A DNA stretch of 64,000 nt. Source: Antechinus flavipes. Taxonomy: Eukaryota. The first letter of the stretch is position 1. Every line of letters begins with the position of its first letter. Of this stretch, positions 53,240 to 64,000 are shown piece after piece. Both the position numbers and the translations under genes were made by a program. Under the pieces are notes generated by a model that ran no database searches, was not told where the DNA came from, and saw only the letters and a list, made by a program, of their open reading frames with translations. The stretch spans positions 259,780,001 through 259,844,000 of the forward strand of contig NC_067401.1 in assembly GCF_016432865.1 (NCBI RefSeq), read 5' to 3'.

Positions 53240-55480
53240 TTTGCCAAAGGCAGAAAGAAAATGGCCAAAGGCAACACTGGATTAGAATATAAATTGGCTT
53301 ATAAAATTTTACAAAGTATAATGAATTATTATGATCATTATCATATATTAGAAAGAAGCAGTAGGACATAAAACCAATTTAAAGAAAGTTTGGCAAGACA
53401 TCCAACTAAGCAAAGCCATCCATCCCAAGGGCTTTTACATTTGAAAATCACAGAAAGAAAATAAAAAGAAAAAAATAGAAAAGTATTCACAATTTTTTAT
53501 AAGAAACTTTTTTCAAGGATAGTAAAACTACCACGCTTACATAGACACAGATGTGCTTGCTTATAAAGAAGGTAAAGATGACATTAAAGAGAACAAAAAA
53601 ATGAGGAAAGCAGTAATTCAACCAAATTATACATAAAGGAAATCTGTGCTGGTGGCAGCAAAAATTTAAGGATCTTAAGAAATTGATTCATAAGTTATTA
53701 GAAAGAAAACAAAGACATGGGAAGAAATGGAATTAAAAGACCTTATTAATTTTGCAAAAAGGCAAGTGAGAAAATAGAATGTCAGGAATTAACAATAGCT
53801 ATGTCTACTTTCCCATCTTTACAAAATCTTTAATAAAATGATCAATATACACATTGAAATCAACTTCAGTGAGTATAGTTAATGGCAAAAAGAAAGACAT
53901 TCTTGATCATTTATAATGGGTTACATGTTTACTATCAATAAATTAAAATATTTACAAAACACAAGATTTCACTGTTTTATTGTTTGTGAATTATTTTTTA
54001 ATTACAAAGTAAGGGTGAATGTTGAGAACAATCTTTGCATGTATTTTGAAAAATAAGCCTTTATTAAAATAAAATGAAATGAAAAATATTTACAAAGCAC
54101 TGAATTTGATGGAGCAAAATACAACTTTAAAGACTTTCTTTCAATTGGGTATCTCACATTCATACATCAAAATCATTTAATATCCTTTGAAAGAAATAGC
54201 AATAGAAATAATATTGTTCAGTTACCTTTTGACCATAAACATCAAACAACACATAAGGAAAGGAGACATATGCTCATCGTATCTGATCTTTGACACTTAT
54301 TAGCTGTGCAAATCTTAGGCTTCACCTTGTTTGTCTCAGTTTCCTTATCAGTAAGTTAGCTGAAGAAGGAAATGGCAAACTACTCTAGTATCTTTGCCAA
54401 GAAAATCTCAAATGGGGTTGCAAAGAATCAGACAGGGCTGAAATGACTAATAAATGACAAATGATCACCAAAGGTATTCAACACTGTGATGAAGGAGATT
54501 CGGCAGACTCCAAATTAAAGAAAAAATTCCTATTGATAATGAAATCTTCCTGATATTCCTATATGTTGATGACATGTGGCTAATTGTTGCAGAATCATTG
54601 TAGAACCTCCTGCAAGACATTAAACCACTGAAAAGAATTTGTCCTGACCATCCACACATAAAAAAAAGCAAATGAATATAACATGTTTTTGCCCAGATTA
54701 TGACATGTACTAAATATGACCAGCCTATCATATTTGGCCATTCATATTCGTACATTCAAATATAGCCTTAGACATTTACCATAACCCTAGGTAAGTCACT
54801 TAACCCTGTTTGCTTAAGTTTCTTCAACGATAAAATGACATTAAATGGAAAATGGCAAAATACCTTATTGTCTTTATTAAGAAAACCCCAAAAGAAGTCA
54901 TAAAAATGTGGACATTACTGAAGTATATCCAAGACAGACAGAATGGACTTCGAATTAAATAGGAAGAGGACCGAATTAAATAGGAATTAGATAGACCTAG
55001 AATTAAATAAGAAGAGGATGGATTGCCTTCAGAAAATTTCAAAACTCCTATTACCCAAACTTTTTCTAAAAACAAAAACCCATTTTTAAATATGAATGTT
55101 CTACTGGTATTATAATGTGGAACATATAAGAAAAAATGGAATATATAAACTCTGAAAGGTTGAAAATGAATATTTTCAGAGGGCACAGGAGGGCAATAGA
55201 GACGGGGCATGAACAAGATGGCAATATATAACCAATGAGCTTCAAAGAACAAGAAAGATATCATCAGGGAAACATATGATGAAAAAAGAATATGGACTGG
55301 TCATGTAGCATGAATGAGAAATGACAGATAGACAGAAGGTAGACAAGCCTCTAGAATAGTGGGTAGACCCTTTACAATGAACTTGTTAATGGTGATGAGC
55401 AATGGTAACAGGATGGGCAGGTATAGATAGGTTGCCATCTTCATCACTGGTGGAACATCCAAATCTATGAAATTATAGGT
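53240..55480 (+). mobile_element. Degenerate RTE-clade LINE with nested insertions
   Basis: RT motif ctatatgttgatgac (LYVDD) at ~54560; RTE-like segment gagcaaaatacaactttaaagac; 3' end ggatgggcaggtatagataggttg...atgaaattatagg. Nested short L1 tail with TSD aaaatatttacaaa(a/g)cac and two partial Mar1 copies. Confidence 0.75.
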
Positions 55481-57857
55481 CCAGAAGCAGCTAAGTGGTG
55501 CAGTAGATCCCTGGATTTTAATTCAGATCTGAATTCAAATCCTACCTCATACTCTTACTAGCTATAAAGACCTTGAGCAACCACTATCTATCTCAATTTT
55601 CTCAACTGTCAAACAGGCATTAGAAGAGTATCTACTTCACAGGGCTGTCAGGATGATCAAAGAAGATAAAGAGTTTAGCACAGCATCTAGCACATAATAG
55701 GAACTTTACAAATGCTCATTCCCCTCCCTTCAAGTTATTTCAGTGCATCAAGTATCATAACCCTTTTTCTGTGACTCATTATAATTATCTATCAAGGTTA
55801 TTAGTAATTTTTATCTTATTCATTTTTCCTTCTATATCACACTTAATGTATGCTATATTCCTCTGAATCTAGTTTGTTTTTTCCACTTAATATTATTTTA
55901 TAAAGTTCTTTCCTGATGTCTTCCTCATTCTTTTTGTCTTAATTGCATCATACCATTCCATTGTATTAATATGTCATGTGTGTTTAATCACCCTGTACCC
56001 CTATTGTTGGACATTTAGATTATTTTCAATTTTTTACAATTATATTTAATGTACCATAATGTCTCTAAGGAGAAGCCTAATTTTCAGGTTTTCTGGCCAA
56101 CAGGTCACATTCAGTATGCTAGCAAACAGCATATTCTGACCCTGTGGATGCAGCATGAATATGCATGTTTTGCCCTGTATGCCACTGTCTTTTCTCCTTT
56201 TTCTGGGGACACCAAGGTTTTTTAAGTCAGAATAAACACAATGCAAAAATCAGTCGCTAAAATATCTTTGAGTGGTACCACATTATCACAATTTCATCAG
56301 ACACTTCTGTAGTGCATATCTAAATATCAATTATCTTTCCTTTTAGGTGCATGTCTACTAATTTTTCTATTTCTAATTGTCTTTTATATGATGTCTTAAC
56401 ATTCAGAACTTTGAGAATATCACTTATTTAATAAACCTATTTCCAAGTGAACCCAGAAGTGTGGGTTCTGCTTTAAATATTCTTTACTCCCCAAACAAGG
56501 AGGAAAATGCAGTGGAATACCAGGCAGATTACAGACATATATGCATGCTGTATTCAGAGGGTCAGAAAATATTTCCCTCAAATACATCATGGGCCTGCTG
56601 GTCTGCAAACATGAAAAGTAGACCAGCCGTGAACCTAGAAGATAGCTTGATGGAGTGGAAAAATCATGAGCCTTAGGGTTAAGAGACCTGTGTCTAACAT
56701 AAATGTAGCTCTCAGAGTTGCTGTTTTTTCATCTGTAAAGTAAGGATAATTTTTATTGCAATACTCATCTCTCCAGAGTATTATGAATAAAGTGCTTTAC
56801 AAATCTAAAAGAGATATAAAGAAATGAGTTTTTATTATTACCATTCTTTGATCCAGTGGAAGGAGGGTGGGCATATAGGTACCTCTAAATGTAGATTCCC
56901 AGCAGTTTGTGGGCGAATCTAAGATCAGATTTTTGGAGGACAAACAACTAGTAAATTAAGAATAAGTGTCTGAGTTAGAATTCGAACCTATATTTCCTGA
57001 CTCCAAGCCCAGCCCTTTTCCTACTACAATTCATTGCCTCCCCATCATACTATCATACCTTGCCCTTTTCTCACAGTACTGCTTTGCACCAACTCATTCT
57101 CTCCAATCTCAATGCTAACCCTCAGTCTATTCTCCACTCTCCACTTACTGTATATTCTCCTCTATACACTGTTAAGAACAGCCAGAACCAGATCTCATAA
57201 TGTTGTGAGAAACAACATGCACACCAAAACCTTCTCTTAAATGCCTCGATAGTCCAAGTAATAATTAATAATTACTTAAAAGCCTATTTACCTTCTAATT
57301 ACAGCTATATATGTTTTTTTAACTCTGAAGTCCAAGAATCTAAAAAATCCTTGCTCGTGGCAATAAACTGTGTACTTAACTTCCAGGGCAAAGGGATAGA
57401 GATAGGGAATGTTAGAGAAAAGACCTTGTCAGTGGAGGTGGTAATGGCAAAATAAAATGAAACACTGAAGGACATCGCTCCAATTTATGCATTGGACCCC
57501 ATAGACAGGGGTCTCCAAGGTTCAAGGTACTTTGTGAGTCTACCACTGCTCAAACTTATAACTCAGGAATTACCAACCTATGTGTCAGCCAGAGGACATC
57601 ATCAGTTTAAAACAAAAGCTATTAATGAAATGGCATGGTAAGAAAAGTACATTCTTCTACTTCAATCAAGTGCAATGCCCACAATTATGCACACCTATTA
57701 TGGAGAAGAATGTGCACACATAAGTATGTGTGCCTAGGACATGCACACAAAAGGACAATTTGTGCCTAATTTGGGTGCTGTAAAACCACCTAAATCTTCT
57801 AGAGAATCATTGTGCTTTTCTCCTCCAGTCTGCTCTTCACCAGACTTTTATGGCATT

Positions 57858-58322
57858 TAGTCCCTGCCAAGTGCATAATCTCTGCCATGGATGTAGTCTC
57901 TACTAGGTGTGGTGTGCAATCTCTGTCATGTAAATAGTCTCTGCTAGGTGTGCAGTATCTTCTAGATGTGTAGTCTCTGCTAGATATGCAATCTTTGCCA
58001 TGATATGTATGTAGTCTCTGTCAGGTGTGCTTTCTCTGCCATGTAAATAGTCTCTTCCAGGTACGTGGTCTCTATCAGGTGTGTATCTCTGCCATGTATA
58101 TAGTCTCTTCCAGGTATGTAGTCTCTGCTAGGTGTGATATACAATCTCTGCCATGTAAATAGTCTCTTCCAGATATGTAGTCTCTGTCAAGTGTGCTATC
58201 TCTGCCATGTAAATAGTCTCTTCCAGGTATGTAGTCTCTGTCAGGTGTGCTATCTCTGCCAGGTATGTAGTCTCTGCTAAGTGTACAGTCTCTCTCACAT
58301 ATGCAGTCTCTGCTAAGGTGTG
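57858..58322. repeat. Minisatellite, 18-bp unit (tagtctctgcyaggtrtg), ~25 units, with 54-bp higher-order period
   Basis: Parsed by eye into mostly 18-bp units, with three 23-bp units, one 17-bp unit and a 19-bp terminal unit. Confidence 0.92.
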
Positions 58323-60129
58323 TAATAATTTGCTCCCTGTTGGTCTCATGTAACTGCTGCTATTTTACTCCACTGACTTCATGGTTACCACAGATTCCTC
58401 TCACATCCAGGTCTGTTTGCAATGAGATTACAGAGCTTTTCTCTGCATCCAATGCACACACATGAAGCACTTAACCAAGTCTTAAAAAGATTCGTATTTT
58501 TCAGTCCAGTGATCACTGAAGGTTTCAGGGGGGTTAGGTCAAACTGTTCTTTCTACCCTTTGGGCTTCTGATTCTACTCAATGAGATATCCATTAAGTGA
58601 GATGCTTGAGAGGTTTAGCAAGGGCAGCATAATTCTTTTTAAAATCCTAGAAAAGTCTTTAGGTCTTGAAGATTCTTTGGATAAGGCCACTTGACAAGTA
58701 TTTTATTATTCTCTGTGTCTCTATTTATGCCTTGATGAAATACTATGCAACCCACATACTTGGCAAAAGCTTACATTTAGTTTTCAATATAAACTCCAGA
58801 AACTCCAGAAACTTTTCCAAAAAAATTACTTTCTAACTATGTCTCCCCATATTTGTGGCATTGACTCTTTTTAACTCTTTTTTAAGACTTGATTTATTCC
58901 TGTTAATAATTTCCATCATCTTATTAGATTTGTTCCAGTGTTCTAACTTTCCAGGATCTTTGTGGAATCCTGATTCTGCTATTTATTTTATTAGTTATAA
59001 CCATATTTTCCCATCTTATATGCTGCCTCTAAAAAGGATACATATAGACTGCTAGACTCTGTGATGCTGTCATTGACCAACAGTTCTTTAGATAGTTCCC
59101 AAAGATTTCCCATTACCTATAGCCAACATCTACAGGATGCCTCAAAAAGGCCAGAAGTCAATGAGCTATACTCTATTGATTGTTCCTTGAATATATACCA
59201 AAGTCTATTCTTAGAATGAGAACATACTTGTGTCCTTCCAGAGTTTTACCCTCAAATGTTTCTTTGATATTCTTTGGGTACTAGAAAGTCACCTAAATAA
59301 GACTTGTCCTGAGTTAATCATGGGTCTTGTAATTTCTCTGCCACTATTTACTTCTATTTTCTTAAAAGTTTTTGCAGGACTGCTAGGTGGTGCAGTGAAT
59401 AGAGTGCTAGTTGGGGAGTCAGGAAAATATAAATTCAAATCTGGCCTCAGACAGGCCTAATAAGTCATTTAACCCTGTTTACCTCAGTTTCCTCATATAG
59501 AAAATGAGCTGGAGAAGAAAATGTCAGCAACAATAATAACTTTTGCACTATATACATATATAATCAAGTCAAAGATCATCAATTATCAATTTAGCTCTAG
59601 AAAGGACTCAGAAACCATTTAGTCCAAATTTTCATTTGGACTTTCTCACTTTACAGATTAAGGAGCTGTGGCCCAGGAAATTTTTTTAAAAATTACTTGC
59701 CCATGTTCATACAAGTTGTAAGTGATAAAGATATAAATTGAATCCAGTTCCTCTAACTCCAAGGTCTATATTCTTTCCATTGTACCACAATGTCCCAAAG
59801 GTGTTCAGGTACCGAATCCTGTATTATTTATCTTCTATGTCATTCTCATTGTCTACAATAAGGTTTATGGTTGTTTAGTGATTAGTGATTAGTTTTACAT
59901 ATCTTTGATTATTTTCTCCCACTAGGGATTTAAGATTGGTCCATTTGGGTTACTTGCAAATATATATATGGTTTTTCTTTTATATTCTGATTGCCTATGA
60001 AATACTTCACATTTGCATAGAGGAAACTATAGCATCTTGCAGAGCATACTCCATATCCTTATTGCTTAGGTCATGAATCACTCTTTTATATATCTGGATT
60101 TGGGGGCGTTTTAGACTTAAGTCTTTCCA

Positions 60130-60380
60130 TTTTACCCACATTGAAAATGCAGGGGCTACTAATCATAGACCCTAACCCACCATTGATCAGCATAAGAGCA
60201 TTGATCTGCTCTGTTTCTGGTCTAGTTTGGCTCTTCTCCCTCTGCTCATGGGGGCTCATCCACACTGATGCTGTACATAGTGCAGAAATGATCACTATGG
60301 GTCCACCCCAACCCAGAACTGTTCATCATATCCTCCAGCCTCAACCTCCCTGAGAGTAGAGATTATAGATGTGCATCACG
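60130..60380 (-). pseudogene. Second 7SL RNA retrocopy, internally deleted
   Basis: tgcaggggctact, cccaccattgatcagca, ttgatctgctctgtttctgg and tcctccagcctcaacctccc are collinear with the 7SL reverse complement. Confidence 0.75.
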
Positions 60381-61219
60381 ATGGTTAATGACTCACAATT
60401 TTTTGTGTGTCTCTAGGTATAAAGCTGTGTACCAATGTTCTAAAGATTCAATAGCTACACTGTTCCTGTCAGTCCTCCATACTTGTATTGTATATAGTAC
60501 TACAACTGTTATCATTATACAACAAGTAAAAGCTATCTTAAAACAATTAAATTGGTTTGTAAATGCATCTCAAATGTTTAACTGCAGCCTAAAAACAAAA
60601 GAAAATTTCTCTAGCGTATCTCTACCATGCAAAGGCATGAAAATGAAGACCTTAGATAAGTCCCATACTGTAGCACCAGAGGTTATCCCCCCATTCGCAG
60701 CATGAGTACTCTTTACCTTAGAAAATCAGCAATAAAACATTCCTCCAAAACCTGAAACCCACTCTTCCACAAATCCATACATTGTCAGTGCATACACTGA
60801 CCAAAAAATAAATAGAAATAGAAAGTTGACATGGTCAAACACATACAACGAGAAGTAAGTCATAATGCTGATGTCTTAATCACTAAGTAAATTGCTTACT
60901 AAGTCACTAAAACTGATGGTCTTCTTGCCTTGAAACTCCTTTCCATCTGAGAAATTTTTACATGATACTGTGGAATATAGGTATATAAAATATTTCCTGA
61001 TAATAAATAATAATTTAATAATGCCCACATTTAATTATGAGACCCTATATGAAGTTGCAATCCATAGTTTAAGAAGCTTTGTATTAGATGATGTCATTTC
61101 ATTATTCCCATTAATTCTTCTATCTCCGGGTCTCACATTGCATTCATAGTTAGGAAAATGTTTAATTGCTACATTTCTCACTATATCATTTCGTGAAATG
61201 CCATTGCTTTAAACTAATT

Positions 61220-61467
61220 TTGAGGGAACTGAGTGGTACAATAAATAAAGCACTGGGTTTAAAATCTGACCTGATGACAAATCTAGCCTAAAATACTCAG
61301 TGTTGTATAACCATAAGCAAGTCTTTTAATCCCAATTTGCCTTTGTTCCTCATCTGTAAAATGGGGACACTAGAGAAGGAAATGGCAAAACACATCAATA
61401 TCTTTGCCAAGAAAACCCTATAGATTGGGTCATGAAGAGCTAAATATGAGTAAATGACTGAACAACA
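61220..61467 (+). mobile_element. Mar1-type CORE-SINE with long TSD
   Basis: gggaactgagtggtac...tatctttgccaagaaaaccc...gactgaacaac; 32-bp flanking direct repeat 61188-61219 / 61468-61499. Confidence 0.85.
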
Positions 61468-61500
61468 ATTTCATCAAATGTCCTTGCTTTGAATTAATTA

Positions 61501-61997
61501 TGTTTTCTAGCTAATCAAAAATAATAATAATCCTATTGGTCAGGGTTCATGAGCTACAGTTGAGTAGATAGAGGTGTGTGGAAAGGTGAACTTACAGATT
61601 AAGCACATATTGATCAGAGACTGTTAGCTAAAGTAGATCAGGCTTATAAGCTCCAGTCATATGATTTTAGATAAGGCCTGGGCTGCATTCCATTGTCCAA
61701 AGAAGGGATTACCAGTCAAAGAAGCTGTTTATCACTTTGTCTACTATATTCCACTGACCAAATAAGGGGATAAAGGTTTATGTGACCAATCACAACATAT
61801 AGAGGGTGGGATTTTGGAGGTTCTTTGTCTGAAATGTATAAAAACCATGAACATTTTCAAGGGAGTGGCTCTCTCCCACTATGAATTTGGCTCACAGACC
61901 AGGATGGGGACCGTTTCTTGAGATTCTAATAAATAATTCTGCTTTCTATGAGTGATCTCTGAGTAGTCAATTTGGGTAGGTCTTTTTGCCCCAAACA
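61501..61997 (+). mobile_element. Solo LTR
   Basis: TG...CA ends; CCAAT 61786-61790, TATAAA 61837-61842, AATAAA 61928-61933 in canonical order; no TSD seen. Confidence 0.7.
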
Positions 61998-64000
61998 GAG
62001 GTTAACAAATGAAGTAGGTAATTTTGCCTAGGGAAAAAATCCTGAAAGTTGAGATAATTTCTGGAGGTGCTAAATAAAAAGGTAAGATTCCTAGTGATCT
62101 TTCTCTATGGGGAGATTTATAGAAAAGCTTTTCTTCAGTTTTAAAACATTTTAATTAGAGAATTTCTGTCTCCCTTCAACCTTTTCTGAGTTCTAGACCT
62201 AATACTGATTTCTTTATCATATTTTAAAGCTTGCTTATGGCATAATCATTCTTTATACTTTTCTGGTGCTTTACAATTTACGATGAATATTCACATATGC
62301 TATCATCTCATTTTATTCTTACACCAACACTATTACATGAGTCCAATTATTAGCCCTATTTTCTAGCCCAGAAATATAAAACTCAAAAAGATAATTACTT
62401 GCCTAAGTCTCACAAACAATAAGGGGCCCTGAGAGACCTTTAACTCAGGAATCCCAACTGAAAATACAATGGTCTTTCCATTCACATCACAATATGAGTA
62501 GGGCTTATCCTGGGTAAAATTATAACATAGGCAAAGTTTGTCTATAACACCTATTTCTAGGGGTTGTTTTTCTTGGTTTCCCTCTCAACTCCTACCCAAT
62601 CTATCCCAGCTTCCCCCTCATTAGTCTAATAATTCCTAAGAGATAGGCAAATTAAAGGGTTTTATTTTCAAAATACATGAATAAAAATGCTGCCAATTTT
62701 ATACAGCAGAAGTAATGATTGCTAACTGTTGCTCTCAGCTCTCACTCTACCATAACATTCCAGAGCTGAGAATTATAGAGAAAAACTATATTTCTCTGAG
62801 TGCTTTATTGATCTACAAAGCTTGAACTAGCAGCTTTGGGGAATAAGCAGTCAGCATACAGTGTTCTACCAGAACTGGGGCCTGAGGGAGATGGTATTCA
62901 ATTTATCCCTCTAAAGAGACCTCTAGTTCTAGATTAATGCACACAGACAAGGGACAGTTCTAGGAAAGTCTGGTTTCTAAAGAGAAAATTCAGGATCTTT
63001 TACTCAAATTCTCAGGACTTTGTTGTTGTTGGCTTTTTGTTTCATTTTGTATTTTGTTTGTTTTTTTAATCTTCCTCAATCCAGGAATCCTAGGAAAAAA
63101 AACTTCTTAAAATTTAGATATTATTCTTTCTAGAGTATCCCCCAAAAGAGTAGTAAGGACCTCAATGTATAATATAAATCAGCTATAGAACAACTATTTA
63201 TTTACAAGAGGGAAAGAAAGAGAGAGATTCTTAAAGAACAAAAATAAATAAAGTACTCAGTGAAATTATCTTTACTTCAGCATTTGTGCTGTCTGAATAC
63301 CTGTTTTTGCCTTCTGGAGTGCTAGATCAAGATATGGATTCCTCAATCAGACATGTTCTCTTTCAAGAAGCATCTTCCCTAATACAGTTAACAATGACTG
63401 AAGGAAGCCAGGTACTCAAAAATCTATCTTTCATATCACTGTTTGTTTGGTGACTAACTCTCAGGAAAAGAAATACAAAGCCAAAGAGGTGATCAAGGAC
63501 CCAAGATCCAAATTCAGGCTCATCCAGGCAAAAGCCCATGCACTAGAAGTCTCCTACTCTTCACAGTAAGACCCAAAATGGTAAGGATATACATTTTTTA
63601 AAAAGAGACAGTTTATTGGTTTATTAGTTATTGATAGTTTATAGATTGTGATGTAGAGAGGATGTGTCCTTTAGTATGGCACCAACATTTATCATTGTAT
63701 TTTATGGGGGAGAGGACAAAGAAAGAAGAGAGAAACACAGAGAGAGATAAACAGGTAGAAATAGAGGTAAAGAGAGAGACAAAGACAGAGACAGAGATAT
63801 TGAGAATTATTAGTGCTGGTGTTCAAATTTAGGGGAAGTTTTAAATTTCAAAAGCCAAAAAAAAAAGTTAATTTTAGGAAAAAATCACCTGGCTATCTCA
63901 TGTTAGTTCTCACAAGGCAACTTCCTCCCAGACAAAACTGCCATCTCATTGAGAAGTGAAGTATCAGGAGATAATAGACTCCCTGTAGTAGCAGTTTAAT

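Noticed and set aside
54824-55264. 146-aa minus-strand ORF
   Set aside because: Antisense to the RTE relic and its nested Mar1; no coding features
57858-58322. CRISPR-like appearance of the repeat array
   Set aside because: Contiguous tandem units with no unique spacers, no cas genes, and mammalian context
63465-63580. Possible plus-strand exon (tgactaactctcag|...ATG|gtaagg)
   Set aside because: Branch-point-like motif too close to the AG, weak pyrimidine tract, translations match nothing I recognise
18931-63590. Four ATG|GTAAG motifs (18939 on -, ~37035, ~57636 and 63580 on +)
   Set aside because: A rough composition estimate expects two to three such 8-mers by chance over both strands, so recurrence alone is not evidence

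Overview
AT-rich, CpG-depleted, repeat-dense mammalian DNA from a draft assembly with three N gaps (10273-10520, 20289-20427, 25764-26112). The repeat set (WSINE1-type and Mar1-type CORE-SINEs, marsupial-type L1 3' ends, an RTE LINE, L2, MIR, solo LTRs, 7SL retrocopies) indicates a marsupial, probably an Australian one such as a dasyurid. I found no intact protein-coding gene that I recognise. The only recognisable cellular-gene sequence is a 5'-truncated, disabled processed pseudogene of RUVBL1 (~9795-11642, +). A repeat-poor block at ~13.9-19.8 kb looks constrained. It has promoter motifs, several minus-strand splice donors, a hydrophobic 25-codon ORF and an ungapped 125-bp diverged duplicate (16371-16495 / 18371-18495), so it may be the 5' regulatory region of an unidentified gene or lncRNA. 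Other oddities are a perfect 36-bp locally templated insertion between two L1 relics, internal duplications at the RUVBL1 retrocopy 3' end, and an 18-bp minisatellite with a higher-order 54-bp period. I see no firm evidence of a wholly new biological system. Repeat family names come from recalled consensus sequences, repeat boundaries are approximate, and conservation statements are inferences that need alignment.
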